The position numbers were made by a program, and so were the translations under genes. 64,000 nt of DNA. It comes from Balanoglossus misakiensis (taxonomy: Eukaryota; Animalia; Hemichordata). The stretch spans positions 1,431,124 through 1,495,123 of the forward strand of contig CM082586.2 of the NCBI GenBank assembly GCA_040954595.2, written 5' to 3'. Of this stretch, positions 1-10,770 are shown piece by piece. Each line of letters begins with the position of its first letter. Position 1 is the stretch's first letter. The notes beneath the pieces are model-generated. The model made no database searches and was not told the origin of the DNA. It was given only the letters and a program-made list of their open reading frames with translations.

Positions 1-2828
1 TCTAGGAAATTCTCTCACGCCGTGGGAGTCCTTTATCCGCGTAGGATCATCGTGGACATAATCGCATTTTGTAAAAATGCTAAATTGTTGAGAGCAAGTC
101 TTATAACTAATCCTTTAGAGATTTTTGTGCCAATAATCTAGCCCTTGAGTGTCACTCAGTAATTCTAGCTTCAGTAAAAAATTGATATTACCTTTTTCAT
201 GTCGGCATTGAAATCTCACTTTCTTATCCGTCGTTTTCCAAGTCATTATGAAAATGTAAAAATAGCAATAATGGGGAATACTGCAGCGAATATGCATTAT
301 ATTAAATTGCCCATTATGATTAGGAGTAGTGTCCCCGTAATTTATTTCCGTGACCCACCACAATTGAAAACATCTTTCTTTGATAAAATGAGCCAGTTGA
401 AATTATCCAGTAAATTTGAGAAACGGTTTTTGAACAATGGATCTCTCTCTCGCTCTCACCTGCCTCCCCCTCTTTCTGTCTTTCTCTCTCTCTCTTTCCC
501 TCTCCCTCTGTTTCAGTGACGTGTCCGTGCGTGGGGGATGGGACTGAACTGCGCATGCGAACGAGAAGAGCACCGGAGGAACAGAAATCACATGCAGAAT
601 GTCCCTATCCTTTTAAGTCAGTTGTCAGCAGCATGTCCAGGTAGACCTACTGGTTGCACTAATGATGCCAATTAACTGCAATATCTCCGGTTTAATGGGG
701 GTTGAGGACGGGCAATTTCCGACCACGTGAAGACCATACTCAGAATCTCCCCCTGGCGCTCAGTCGGTGGCTGTGAAAAAGGGCGTTGATTTCTGTATAA
801 ATTGTACTTTCACAGCTAGACACATTACCACCTAAAAACATGTAAAAGTGATCTGCCATTACGAGCATGCGCATATATTATACACTGACACAGATTCGTG
901 TTCTGTGGCAACGAAAGAAAGAAAATTTCGCAATTTTCCTCGGCGTCTGGGGATCGATCACTCAGTAACTACATGCACTTCAACCATGGCTTGTTTACTC
1001 GGGTTGGAATGAACTGCCGCCGTCATTCGGGGATTGATGTCATGTTTTTTTCTTCAGCTTGTAGTCTACTCCGGTGCTCTGCAGACGAGACAAATGAGCT
1101 GATTCTTCGTCAATCATTGATGTTTATTCTCAAGGAAATTTCTGTTTTTCTAGTCTTGTCATCAAATAATTTACTAGCAAGGTTGTTGTTTTGACCCTCT
1201 TTGTCTGCTTAAAGTAAAAACAAAAAACGTAACGGTAATTGTGATTTCGCCCGTCATTCTATGACGTAACGTTGGAGACACACCCGACAGGCAATATGAT
1301 GCATAAATACTCGGAAAGTAACTGAAGGTCACAATAATTTTGTGTTTAATTGTAAAAGCTATCAGACAACGCCTACACTAATCTGCCATCCTTGCCGTCA
1401 GCTTGTTTCCAATCTGTTACGTGTCATCATTACCGTCGTTGATTACGTGAGCAGGAGTGTACAAGTCTACACGTGACTATCGACAGTGAAATTACGTCAG
1501 GGCTACAAAAACGTCCAGGTGGTCTCTCCAAAATTCCGCTTGAGAATCCCTCCGGTGTTTCAGATGTTTCTAAATATGACAAAAAATTTAGAGTTCGTAA
1601 TAATTTCCTGTAAACAATCTATTTCAATACCAAGGAAACCATACTTGTAGATATAAAATTACTTATTTGTAAAAACTATAAGACCACCCGCGACGAAGTT
1701 TTTCATTCGAAAATAACCCGTGTACTAAAAATCATAGAAAAAACAAGTTTAAGAAACTCTACTCGTTAGATCTTTCTTCTATCTCAAATGAAATCGACTT
1801 GAAAAATGAGAGATTCGATATTGTGGTACGCGACGGCAATCCCATGACAGATTTGTGTTTTTGTGGTTTATTTAGGCACTGTCGTCATTATAAACACGTA
1901 CATGTACGTAAATTCGCTCAAGCATATCGTCCTTGCGTCTTTCTGATCTATGAGGTCAGTATCACGTGGTGATGAGTCGGCCAATATGTCAACTGGAGCT
2001 GACGACGATTACGTGTAAAAGTGTACTTGCTCTCCTACAGTGAGAATCTGGCCGAAACTTGTTCAGGGGTATTGACTCTATTATATAGAGCACTAACATT
2101 TCCCAAGTCCCTTCAGAGATGTACCTATTTGTTTTGTGATATGTAAATGGCTGGGTGTACGTGGGCAAGTGGCCTATAGTCTATAAATGTAAATAAAAAA
2201 ATAATAAAAAAAACGAACAAAATATACTTATCTGACCTAAAATAGCTCTTTTATTTTACTAATAAATTAGTATCAATTTCATTTTATTGGCACAATCTGA
2301 GAAATTTTATATGAATAAAATGTGGTTCCTGATTACAATTATGGAAGAATTTGTTTGAAAATTAATTACTGCGTAATCTATAGTTCATGATACAAATAGA
2401 TCACATACTCGTCATCAGCAAATTCTGTGTTCTGACTACTGACAAACTAAAAAAAATGCAAAATCAAATTTCTAATCACATTGCTATTTCCACGCTACAT
2501 TATTACATCAAATTGGAGATATGGTTATATTTTTCCAGTGAATTGTGCAAGGATTCTACACCACAAGAAATAATTTATGAAAGATAAAATAGTTTAATTA
2601 AAAACATCAAAAAATTAACGAAAATAAATATAACTACCCACTGCAATTAAACTACTTATCAGAACAAGTCTTTTATTATATAGCCAACTAGGTACAATGG
2701 GATAAAAAGCAAGACCTGTCCTGATTTGTCAAGTTTGGAATGCTGTGTAGTTGACCATTTTCTTCCCAGAAAGGCACAGTTTGAAGAGAAGGTTGTTGAA
2801 GAATTGTTTGTCTTCAAGTCAGAGAAGA

Positions 2829-4951
2829 TTACACATCTTGAAATGATGCTGTTTCCATAGTTACTCCCCTGCTTACTGCATGATCTGTTGCCATGGTAGT
2901 TCCACGACTTGCTTTGGTAATCTGTTGAAAATCAAGACTTATTTTGAATTGAATGCATCATAAAAAAGTGCAAAACTCTACCACTTTGAAATCAAAACTC
3001 AAGCTCTCACAAAGTGTTGCTTCTTACCTCCATGACAAACCTAGCAAAGGTTTCAAAATATCCATCACACTGGAATGTTTCATTGTGTGTTCCGTTCTCC
3101 AATTTAGCCAGTTTTTTCATTACTGCCCCTGAAGCCTGTGGATTGTGACACAATGGTGGGTGTTTAAAAATACATCTACAAAATTGATCATATACAATGG
3201 CCATACTTAATAACATTGTTCATGGTTTTCCATACAACTAAGTCTACTGTGGTAGAGGGCACTAGACTTGGCACACTTGGTCTGATAACACAGGTGATTT
3301 TGTTTTACCTGAAATAGTGTCTGCATCATTTTGGGAGGTATAAGTTCATCAGCCATTCCTGACAGAAATAGCATGGGAGCTTTTACGCGATGAATCTTCT
3401 TGATACTTAAATACTGTAGAAACAAAAAATATAAAAAAAGGGTATTACTTATTCAGAGGACACAGTAAAACCAATCATGCTTTTAAAAACATTCAGGAAC
3501 AGGGTTGAAAGCATTGATCAAGACTGACCTTATTTTTGTGGCACCACAGTGGTACCCAATGGAGAAGAGGAATATTAAAAACAACAGCGGCCATATCAGG
3601 CACACTTGTAAATGTGTTTTCAACAATGATTGCAGCTAGCTGATCCCTGTAGACTGGAGACGAAGCCAGATCAATGGCAACAGCGCCCCCTAGTGAGCGT
3701 CCAAAGGCAATAAGTTTTGTAGGGTCTATGTCAGACCTGCCTAGAAGGTAATCCATTGCTGCTTTTGCATCTTTATAAAGTCCTTTGCAAAGAAAAGAGA
3801 TATTAAGTTTTAGATGAAATTCTTGTGTGTTATTTTACAATTTCATTATCGCAGCTTGCTTAAGATGTTAATCATATGAATGCGATATTAAAGCAATTGT
3901 TGCACACGTTTTCTGTGCACGTAATCTCAACAGCAGCCACTCACCCGATTCACTGATCGCACCCTCACCTGATTCACTGATCGCACCCTCACCTGATTCA
4001 CTGATCGCACCCTCACTTCTCCCATACCCCCTGTACTCCACTAATAACACGTTACTTCCACAGTACTGGTGTAAAAGTTGTGCATTCATCAACCTGAATA
4101 ACAAAAACAAAACACAATGGTGAGGGCGCTGCTTCATTTCAGTGACATGGCACAGTGGTACAGCATATGCCTGGTAGAACTTAGCATCATGTGACTTGCA
4201 TACCTATGTCCAATGTTCCCTGCATTCCCATGAAAGAATAGAATGGTTGGAGCGTGTGCAATCACCTCTGGTCTCTGTTTCAACAGTATTGCATTGATCT
4301 TGACACCATCACTGGTCTTGATAAATAGATTTTCGTAAGGCACTCCAAAAAGGTGAGGGGACATCACGTACATCCGTGATGACTCTGGTTGATCGGGATA
4401 ATACAGAAGACTGTCCTGATAGTTGTATAAAATGCCTGCCATAAATCATATCAGAGAAGACAAATCACACACAACATCTCGTGAAGTGGGGGTACAGGTT
4501 AGAAGGCATCAAGGCTACAGCTAGTAGCTTAGTAACATTCAAGGGAACAGTTGGGTCAAGCCCTTTGAGCCAAGAACTCTACTTCCTCCCAACCTAAAAG
4601 AGAAAAACTGATATTGTCAAAGTTGACTTGCAGCATATTTTGCAAAGTAGCGCTGTACTCACCAAAAAATGCTGTACACATCAAAGTAAATACCAAAACA
4701 CCACCATATTGCCAATAGAAGAGAAACAAGAGCAGGATCCCAGCACTGCACAGCTGCCAAAATTTCATTATAACAGTCAGGACCAGACTGCCCACAAACT
4801 CAATCAGTTTGTATCCAGTGTCCTTTGCTGGTCTCCCTGGGACGGATTTGTCACTGGTGTCGTCATTCCTGGACTCTTGCCTCCGGAGTTTGGGTTTTGC
4901 CATAGATGGATTGTAGTTAGTGTAGGAGCTTGCGTACGCCCGTGATTTCAT
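2829..4951 (-). CDS. ABHD13: Alpha/beta hydrolase domain protein 13 (7 coding exons: 4951 or 4903-4663, 4435-4204, 4093-3993/3969/3945, 3782-3529, 3413-3309, 3135-3028, 2921-2829)
   Basis: The spliced translation gives an N-terminal TM segment, QDSLLYYP, FFHGNAGNIGHR, VEYRGYGRSEG, the nucleophile motif FGRSLGGAVA, ENTFTS, LSGMADELIPP and GTHNET (Ser-Asp-His triad). All junctions are GT-AG and keep frame. The start codon choice and the last exon are inferred. Confidence 0.93.
3940..4016 (-). repeat. 3x24-bp tandem repeat spanning the ABHD13 exon 3 donor site
   Basis: The unit CTCACCTGATTCACTGATCGCACC occurs at 3940, 3964 and 3988 (one mismatch in the first copy). It encodes GEGAISES on the minus strand. 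Confidence 0.95.
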
Positions 4952-5272
4952 GGAGCTGGTGGGAGTCACTATCAAATATTAACACAGTTCTATGGATAGA
5001 AATGGGAGGGGCGTTAGGGTTAGGGTTAAGTCATTGCGCAGCACAATGCAAATTACCCCAAACTGGATGGGGGTTGACTGTGCCAACACTCACCGTCGAG
5101 GGAGTGGTAGGTGTACGGATCCGACGCAAGTACTTGTCCGCAACTGGTCCCAACCAAGCCCCCCCCCCCCCCCCCCCCCGTTGGCTTTTCGGTATCCTAA
5201 CTTTACGCCTAAACCGTAACTCATGTCAACCGCTTGCCGTTCTCGGAGTTGGATCATAATCTTTGCACCTAC

Positions 5273-5575
5273 CTTTTATCAACCCTCCCGAATTACTTTA
5301 CATTAATGGCTTTCTTGTGGCATGTTTTCCAAAATAATATTAGGAAGAAAACAAAATGACAACGTATCCAAGGTCCATGGAGGCAGCCATTTTCTATCTA
5401 TCCCACAATCCCCGGTACCGCATCGCTGCAGAATTAACACTAACTTGGGGGAGCAGGTGACCTGAACGCTTACCAGGGGGTCTAAAAAGTTCATTGACCG
5501 TGATCCTCCGAACTCGTCAGTTTTATCACATATCATCTATCTTCGAGATCAAGCTGCCACGTTGTACAACAAGGG
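5273..5575. promoter_or_regulatory. Probable bidirectional promoter and non-coding first exons of ABHD13 (-) and EPHX1 (+)
   Basis: A minus-strand donor AAG|GTAGGT near 5272 and a plus-strand donor AGG|GTAAGT at 5575 face outward from a short, relatively CpG-rich segment. Confidence 0.55.
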
Positions 5576-6287
5576 TAAGTCAGATCTCCGATTTTTACCT
5601 GAGATTGACAATTTTAGGTTAGGTTGGAATAGTTTACTGCGTCCTGTTAGACGCACCTGCATAGCAACGCCACTTAAAACAATTTGAACCGCAGAGATTG
5701 TTTTAAAACTTAAACTTTTAGTTTATATGAACTGTGTAAACATTGGTAGGCTTGCACGCGTGGCAATTAGTCAGTTTGTGAAAATGTATTCCTACAAATC
5801 GCGTGTGCCTGCCACGACCATCAGCATTGATTTCACCTAAATGTGAAATTTACAATTTCTGTTAACGGACATGAGTATGTTAATTTCAGGGAAATCAAAT
5901 TAATGACTTGAAATCCGACACACAACAAGAGACCATGCTTTGTAAAGTCTAAGTCTTATGGCCGCTATTGTCACACACATTCTGAATTTGTGAGAATTGT
6001 TAAAATCATACAATTTATTAAAAGTAAGCGGCTTGAACATGTACCTTTGAATTCAGGAAGGGTTCAGTAAGAGAACACTATTCCAGTCAGGGTACAGGTA
6101 TAGTATTTACCTAGGGTAAATGAATTACCAGACTGTTCCGTGAATGTTTAAGTTTGGTCTTTGCAGGATCATTTGTTTGAGTTTGGTCTGAAAAAGTAAA
6201 GTTTAACCATTAACTACTGTCTATGGTTTAACAGGGGTGACTGTTAGGGTTAAAAGTGTAGTGTTGTTTTCATTTTGATCACAGGTC

Positions 6288-8370
6288 ATGAATTCCTGTG
6301 GTATTGTATTCGTGCTGGGAATCATCTGCTTTGTGGCCAGTGTTTTCCTGGGCTTGTACTTCACATCATCAGTGCCGATGCCACCACCAGAATACGGAGA
6401 CGGATGGTGGGGCCGTGGGGAGAAGGGAGAAGCTGAAGAAGACACCAGTCTCCGGCAGGTCTGGATTTCCATTCCCGACAGCATCCTGGAAGATCTGAAC
6501 GGGAGACTGGATAGGAGTCGGATGTTTGAGCCCCTGGAAGATGCCAAGTTCCAGTACGGCTTCAATGCAGAATACATGCAGAGAGTAGTCCAGTACTGGA
6601 GACACAAATACGACTGGAAGAAACAAGAAAGACGTCTCAATCAGTTCAATCACTTCAAGACAACCATTGAAGGCATCGACGTACATTACATCCATGTCAA
6701 GCCGAAAGTCGACGATCAGTCGAAAGTCAAGCCACTCATAATGGTGCACGGTTGGCCAGGATCGTTCTTTGAGTTTTACAAGATCATTCCGATGCTGACC
6801 GACCCGCTGAATCACGGCGGGAGTGAAGATGATGTCTATGAAGTGATCTGTCCATCGATTCCTGGATATGGATTCTCAGAAGCACCTCATAAACAAGGTA
6901 ACTAATACAGATGATATTTGTACACAAGAAATGTGTTCCTCTAGTTGCCCTTGCTTGATGTCTGTATCTATGAGCTTGGTGAAGTTTTTTTTTCCTTGGG
7001 ATGTATCCACAGAATGAAATGAAGATTTTTCTGAAATTGTTCTCCAGGTTAATTAATGTCTGTGTTTCTCCCCTATCGCCATACGGCTTGCAGGTTTTAC
7101 CGCAATAGATGCAGCCAGAATATTTGATAAATTAATGCTGAGACTTGGATTTGAGAAATTCTATTATCAAGGTGGTGATTGGGGATCTCTTGTCGGTCTG
7201 TACCTCAGCGTCATCGCACCAAAGTAAGTAACCTAGATATTATATTGCAGGCCTGGTTTACTCCTGCACGTGGGTATATAGTTCCAATAAACATATACTG
7301 TACTGACTTTTCCCACGACGAAACTAACTTTTTGCATCACTCTATTTCTGTTGGAAAATGTCAGCCATGTTTTAGGTTACCATACCAACATGCCTATTGG
7401 TCAGCCTCCATATTATTTTGCAAAGCTTGCCATAGGAAGTTTCTTTCCGTCGTTGGTGATTGAAGATGACGAAGACATAGATCATGTTTTTCCACTGGGT
7501 AAGAGATTCACTGACTTGATGGCAGAAACTGGATACATGCACATACAATCTACCAAGCCTGACACTGTAGGTAAGTCATAATGTGTGTCTAGTCATTTTG
7601 AACATTTGATCATGTTCGTCCTCTCACTTGAGAAAAGTGCCCAACCATACATGTATGTTTGCATGAACTATACAAGGTGTCCTTATTAAATTTAAGTGAT
7701 GTAATATTAGTAGTTGTCCTCTTTCCCATATCCTAGGTTATGGACTAACCGACTCGCCAGTTGGACTGGCTGCCTACATCTTGGAGAAATTCTCAGTCTG
7801 GACCAACCCAGAGTACACTGACTTGGAAGATGGCGGGCTAGAGAAAAACTTCAGCATTGATGAACTATTGACCAATGTAATGATCTACTGGGTCAATGGG
7901 AACATTGTCTCATCTATGAGATTCTACAAGGAGACAATCCCTTTGGTCTTGTCAGAATCGTCATAGTAAGTTGTTTGTTTGTAAAAGGATGCAGTGCATT
8001 TTATCACAATCATGTCAAGACTAGAGCATAAATGCTTTAACCCTTTCACACCCATTTCAACCATAGTGGTCAATAGAAAACAATAGATTTGGACCAAACC
8101 ATGGTGGTGAAATGGTTACAAAAATACAGGTACATTTCGTAATTCATTTTTTTTATTTTTTTCAGCTATGATGTCACAGTGCCTACAGGCATTGCAGCAT
8201 TAAAATTTGAGCTGGGTTACTTGCCAGAAACCTGGGCAAGGCAGTTGTATCCAAGCCTAGTCAGTTACACCCGAATGCCCAGGGGCGGCCATTTTGCAGC
8301 TATGGAAGAACCGCAGTTAATGGCTGAAGATATTAGGCAGTTTACGAGAAAGGTGGAAGAAAGGCAGTAG
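6288..8370 (+). CDS. EPHX1: Microsomal epoxide hydrolase (5 coding exons: 6288-6897, 7094-7223, 7365-7570, 7737-7965, 8166-8370)
   Basis: N-terminal anchor, DGWWG, FQYGFN, YDWKKQE, HGWPGSFFEFYKIIP, PSIPGYGFS, YYQGGDWGS (nucleophile Asp), ETGYMHIQSTKPDTVG, SPVGLAAYILEKFS and GGHFAAMEEP. GT-AG junctions are in frame. A probable non-coding exon 1 has its donor at 5575. Confidence 0.96.
8037..8119. mobile_element. Small TTAA-ended MITE (piggyBac-like ends) in the last EPHX1 intron
   Basis: Starts TTAACCCTTTCAC and ends GTGAAATGGTTAC (imperfect TIR). The internal/3' part GATTTGGACCAAACCAT..GTGAA recurs at about 61376-61425, and the 5' end recurs at 60234-60246. Confidence 0.55.
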
Positions 8371-9418
8371 AAATAATATAAGGTCATCCACCCCCTGGAC
8401 ATACATGTAGTATACCACATGTTAATTTCCTATTCATCAGCTCAGGTTAGGGGTAGGGTAGACATCCAGGGGGTTACACTCCTAGAACCCTAGAAATAGT
8501 ATCTGTGATATCTTCATAATGAACATACAGTGCACAAGAGTTTCTGATTTTGTCGACTTTGCTGTTATGGATTTAGAAGCTTTTTTTTCATAATTTTGTA
8601 GATAAAAGGTGCATATGCAGGAATTTTTACGACTTGTTGGACATATACATAAAACAAAGTTTATACTGATCATGCAGAAAATTACATAAATATTCTAATA
8701 ACAAAATAAATTGCTTCTTTTTCTACTGTTCATATGTCTTTCTGTTTCTGGATTTTAGGTAAAAATAAAAAAATTACTTGATTTATATTCATGATTTGTT
8801 GATATTCATTTGGTGAACAGCACAAAAGGAAAAAAAGGCCTTGTGCTCGGCAAATTTCTCTTCTGTTCAAAAAGCTTTTGATGGCGTCATTAAATCCTCC
8901 AAAAGCGTCTATAGCCCTATTTGTCATATCCACCGTTGGTGGCGACATTTAAAAATTTCAAACAGGAGCATACTGTCCGGCACTCCTAAGTCAGATTGAT
9001 GGATTGAGTCTGTCTTTTTGCCGAAAAAAAACTGTTTACCAACAGGTGCGAACTGTCTGGCAATGTACGCACATTTTCAATATATATTTAAATTCGATGG
9101 CACTGCATGCAGACCCGGACAAATCTGATTGGTCAATAACCTTCCGCACACCCGAAACAGGTTGAGCACAGCACTTGTGATTGGTCAATGACGGAATGTA
9201 CGCTCTGCACTTTTGGAAAAGTAGTTCATGCAAAGTTGACGCTCCAGACAGTTAACTAGTGCGTTGACCTGAGCGTTGACCCAACAATAATTGTCCGCAT
9301 TATTTATGTAATCAGTTCACTAATTAAACATTCGTGAAGTGAATAAGTAATTGACCAGTAAAGGTATTTGTCATACCCGTGGTTGGTGGCGACAATAAAA
9401 AATCGCGTCAAGGACACA

Positions 9419-10770
9419 GTGGACGGACATACAGACATACATCCATCCATACATACAGACGCAACCGATCCCATAAGGTCCCATGGTACATACCAATGGG
9501 ACCCAAAACAATCTAATATCGGACTGTCGACACAGAGATCTGATGGGACGATGAATGCCAAGATGAACTGTATAGCTCTCAAATCACAGCAAAAGAAGGC
9601 GATACAAAACCTTGGGGTGTGTTGCACTGACCTGCGTTAACAGATCCCGTGAGGAGTACGGTGCCCAGAGCGCTAACACATCCCCAATACGAACTCATGG
9701 ACACAAACTATTTACATTTCTAGGTCCAAAACTTTGACTACAGTGAGACAAAACTGTTAGGCTTTTCTCATATTTAAATCAAGTATTGAAATGCAAAATA
9801 AAGTGTTAAAATGCAAATTAAGACCGACAGGAGCACGTGGTTCTTCTTTTCTCCAATGAAGTTCAACTTTGCTCAATGGGCAAACACTGACTGACCCATG
9901 ACGATCCCATTGTTGTTGGGTCCCATTGGTATGTAAATTGGGACCCAACAACAATCTAATATCGGACTGTCGACACAGAGATCTGATGGGACGATGAATG
10001 CCAAGATGAACTGTATGGCTCTCAAATCACATCAAAAGAAGGCGATACAAAAGCTTGGGGTGTGTTGCACTGACCTGCGTTAACAGATCCCGTGAGGAGT
10101 ACGGTGCCCAGAGTGCTAACACATTCCCAAATACGAACTCATGGACACAAACTATTTACATTTCTAGGTCCAAAACTTTAACTACAGTGAGACAAAACTG
10201 TTAGGCTTTTCTCATATTTAAATCAAGTATTGAAATGCAAATTAAAGTGTTAAAATGCAAATTAAGACCGACGGGAGTGGTTCTTCTTTTCTCCAATGAA
10301 GTTCAACTTTGCTCAATGGGCAAACACTGACCTGACCCGTAAGCTGCCACTGGCATATGTACTGACATACACTAAATAGAACAGCTGGCCTCTTTAAAAC
10401 TTATGTAATCATTCAGGAATTTGCTGTGTTTATATGAATCACAGAGGGGAGTTCCTGCCTAATTAAAACAACTCAATAAAGTAAATACACACCACTTTGC
10501 AAAGCAATCTGACCAGTAGTTCTTGAGTTACTGAGTTTTGACCAAATTAACATTTTTCCAGATAATTTGCATATTTTTGGCAATGACAACTTCATTTGAA
10601 CAAACTCCCATCTACAGCCCAGCCTGCATCAGCACACCAAATATCAAGGTGAAACACGCAGCGGTTTTCAAGTTTTTGATGTGGACGGACATACAGACAT
10701 ACATACATACATACAGACAGACGCAACCGATCCCATAAGGTCCTATAGTACGTACCAATGGGACCCAAAA
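9419..10770 (+). mobile_element. Head-to-tail array of a non-autonomous Helentron-associated (HINE/DINE-1/pearl-like) element: 3' tail 9419-9508, truncated copy about 9505-9900, full copy about 9949-10770
   Basis: Near-identical ~400-bp blocks at 9497-9898 and 9939-10338. A shared 3' tail at 9419-9508 and 10681-10770 has a GACA/CATA microsatellite, CGATCCCAT (imperfect inverted match to ATGGGACG near the 5' end), a GGTCCCAT..ATGGGACC hairpin and an A-run. No coding capacity. Confidence 0.7.

Noticed and set aside
5013-5028. TTAGGG telomere-like repeat
   Set aside because: Only about 2.5 units inside an intron; more likely part of a small repeat element or chance than an interstitial telomere.
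9497-10338. Repeats with hairpins as a possible CRISPR array or structured ncRNA cluster
   Set aside because: These are two long near-identical blocks with no unique spacers and no cas genes in a eukaryotic context; a non-autonomous transposon array explains them.
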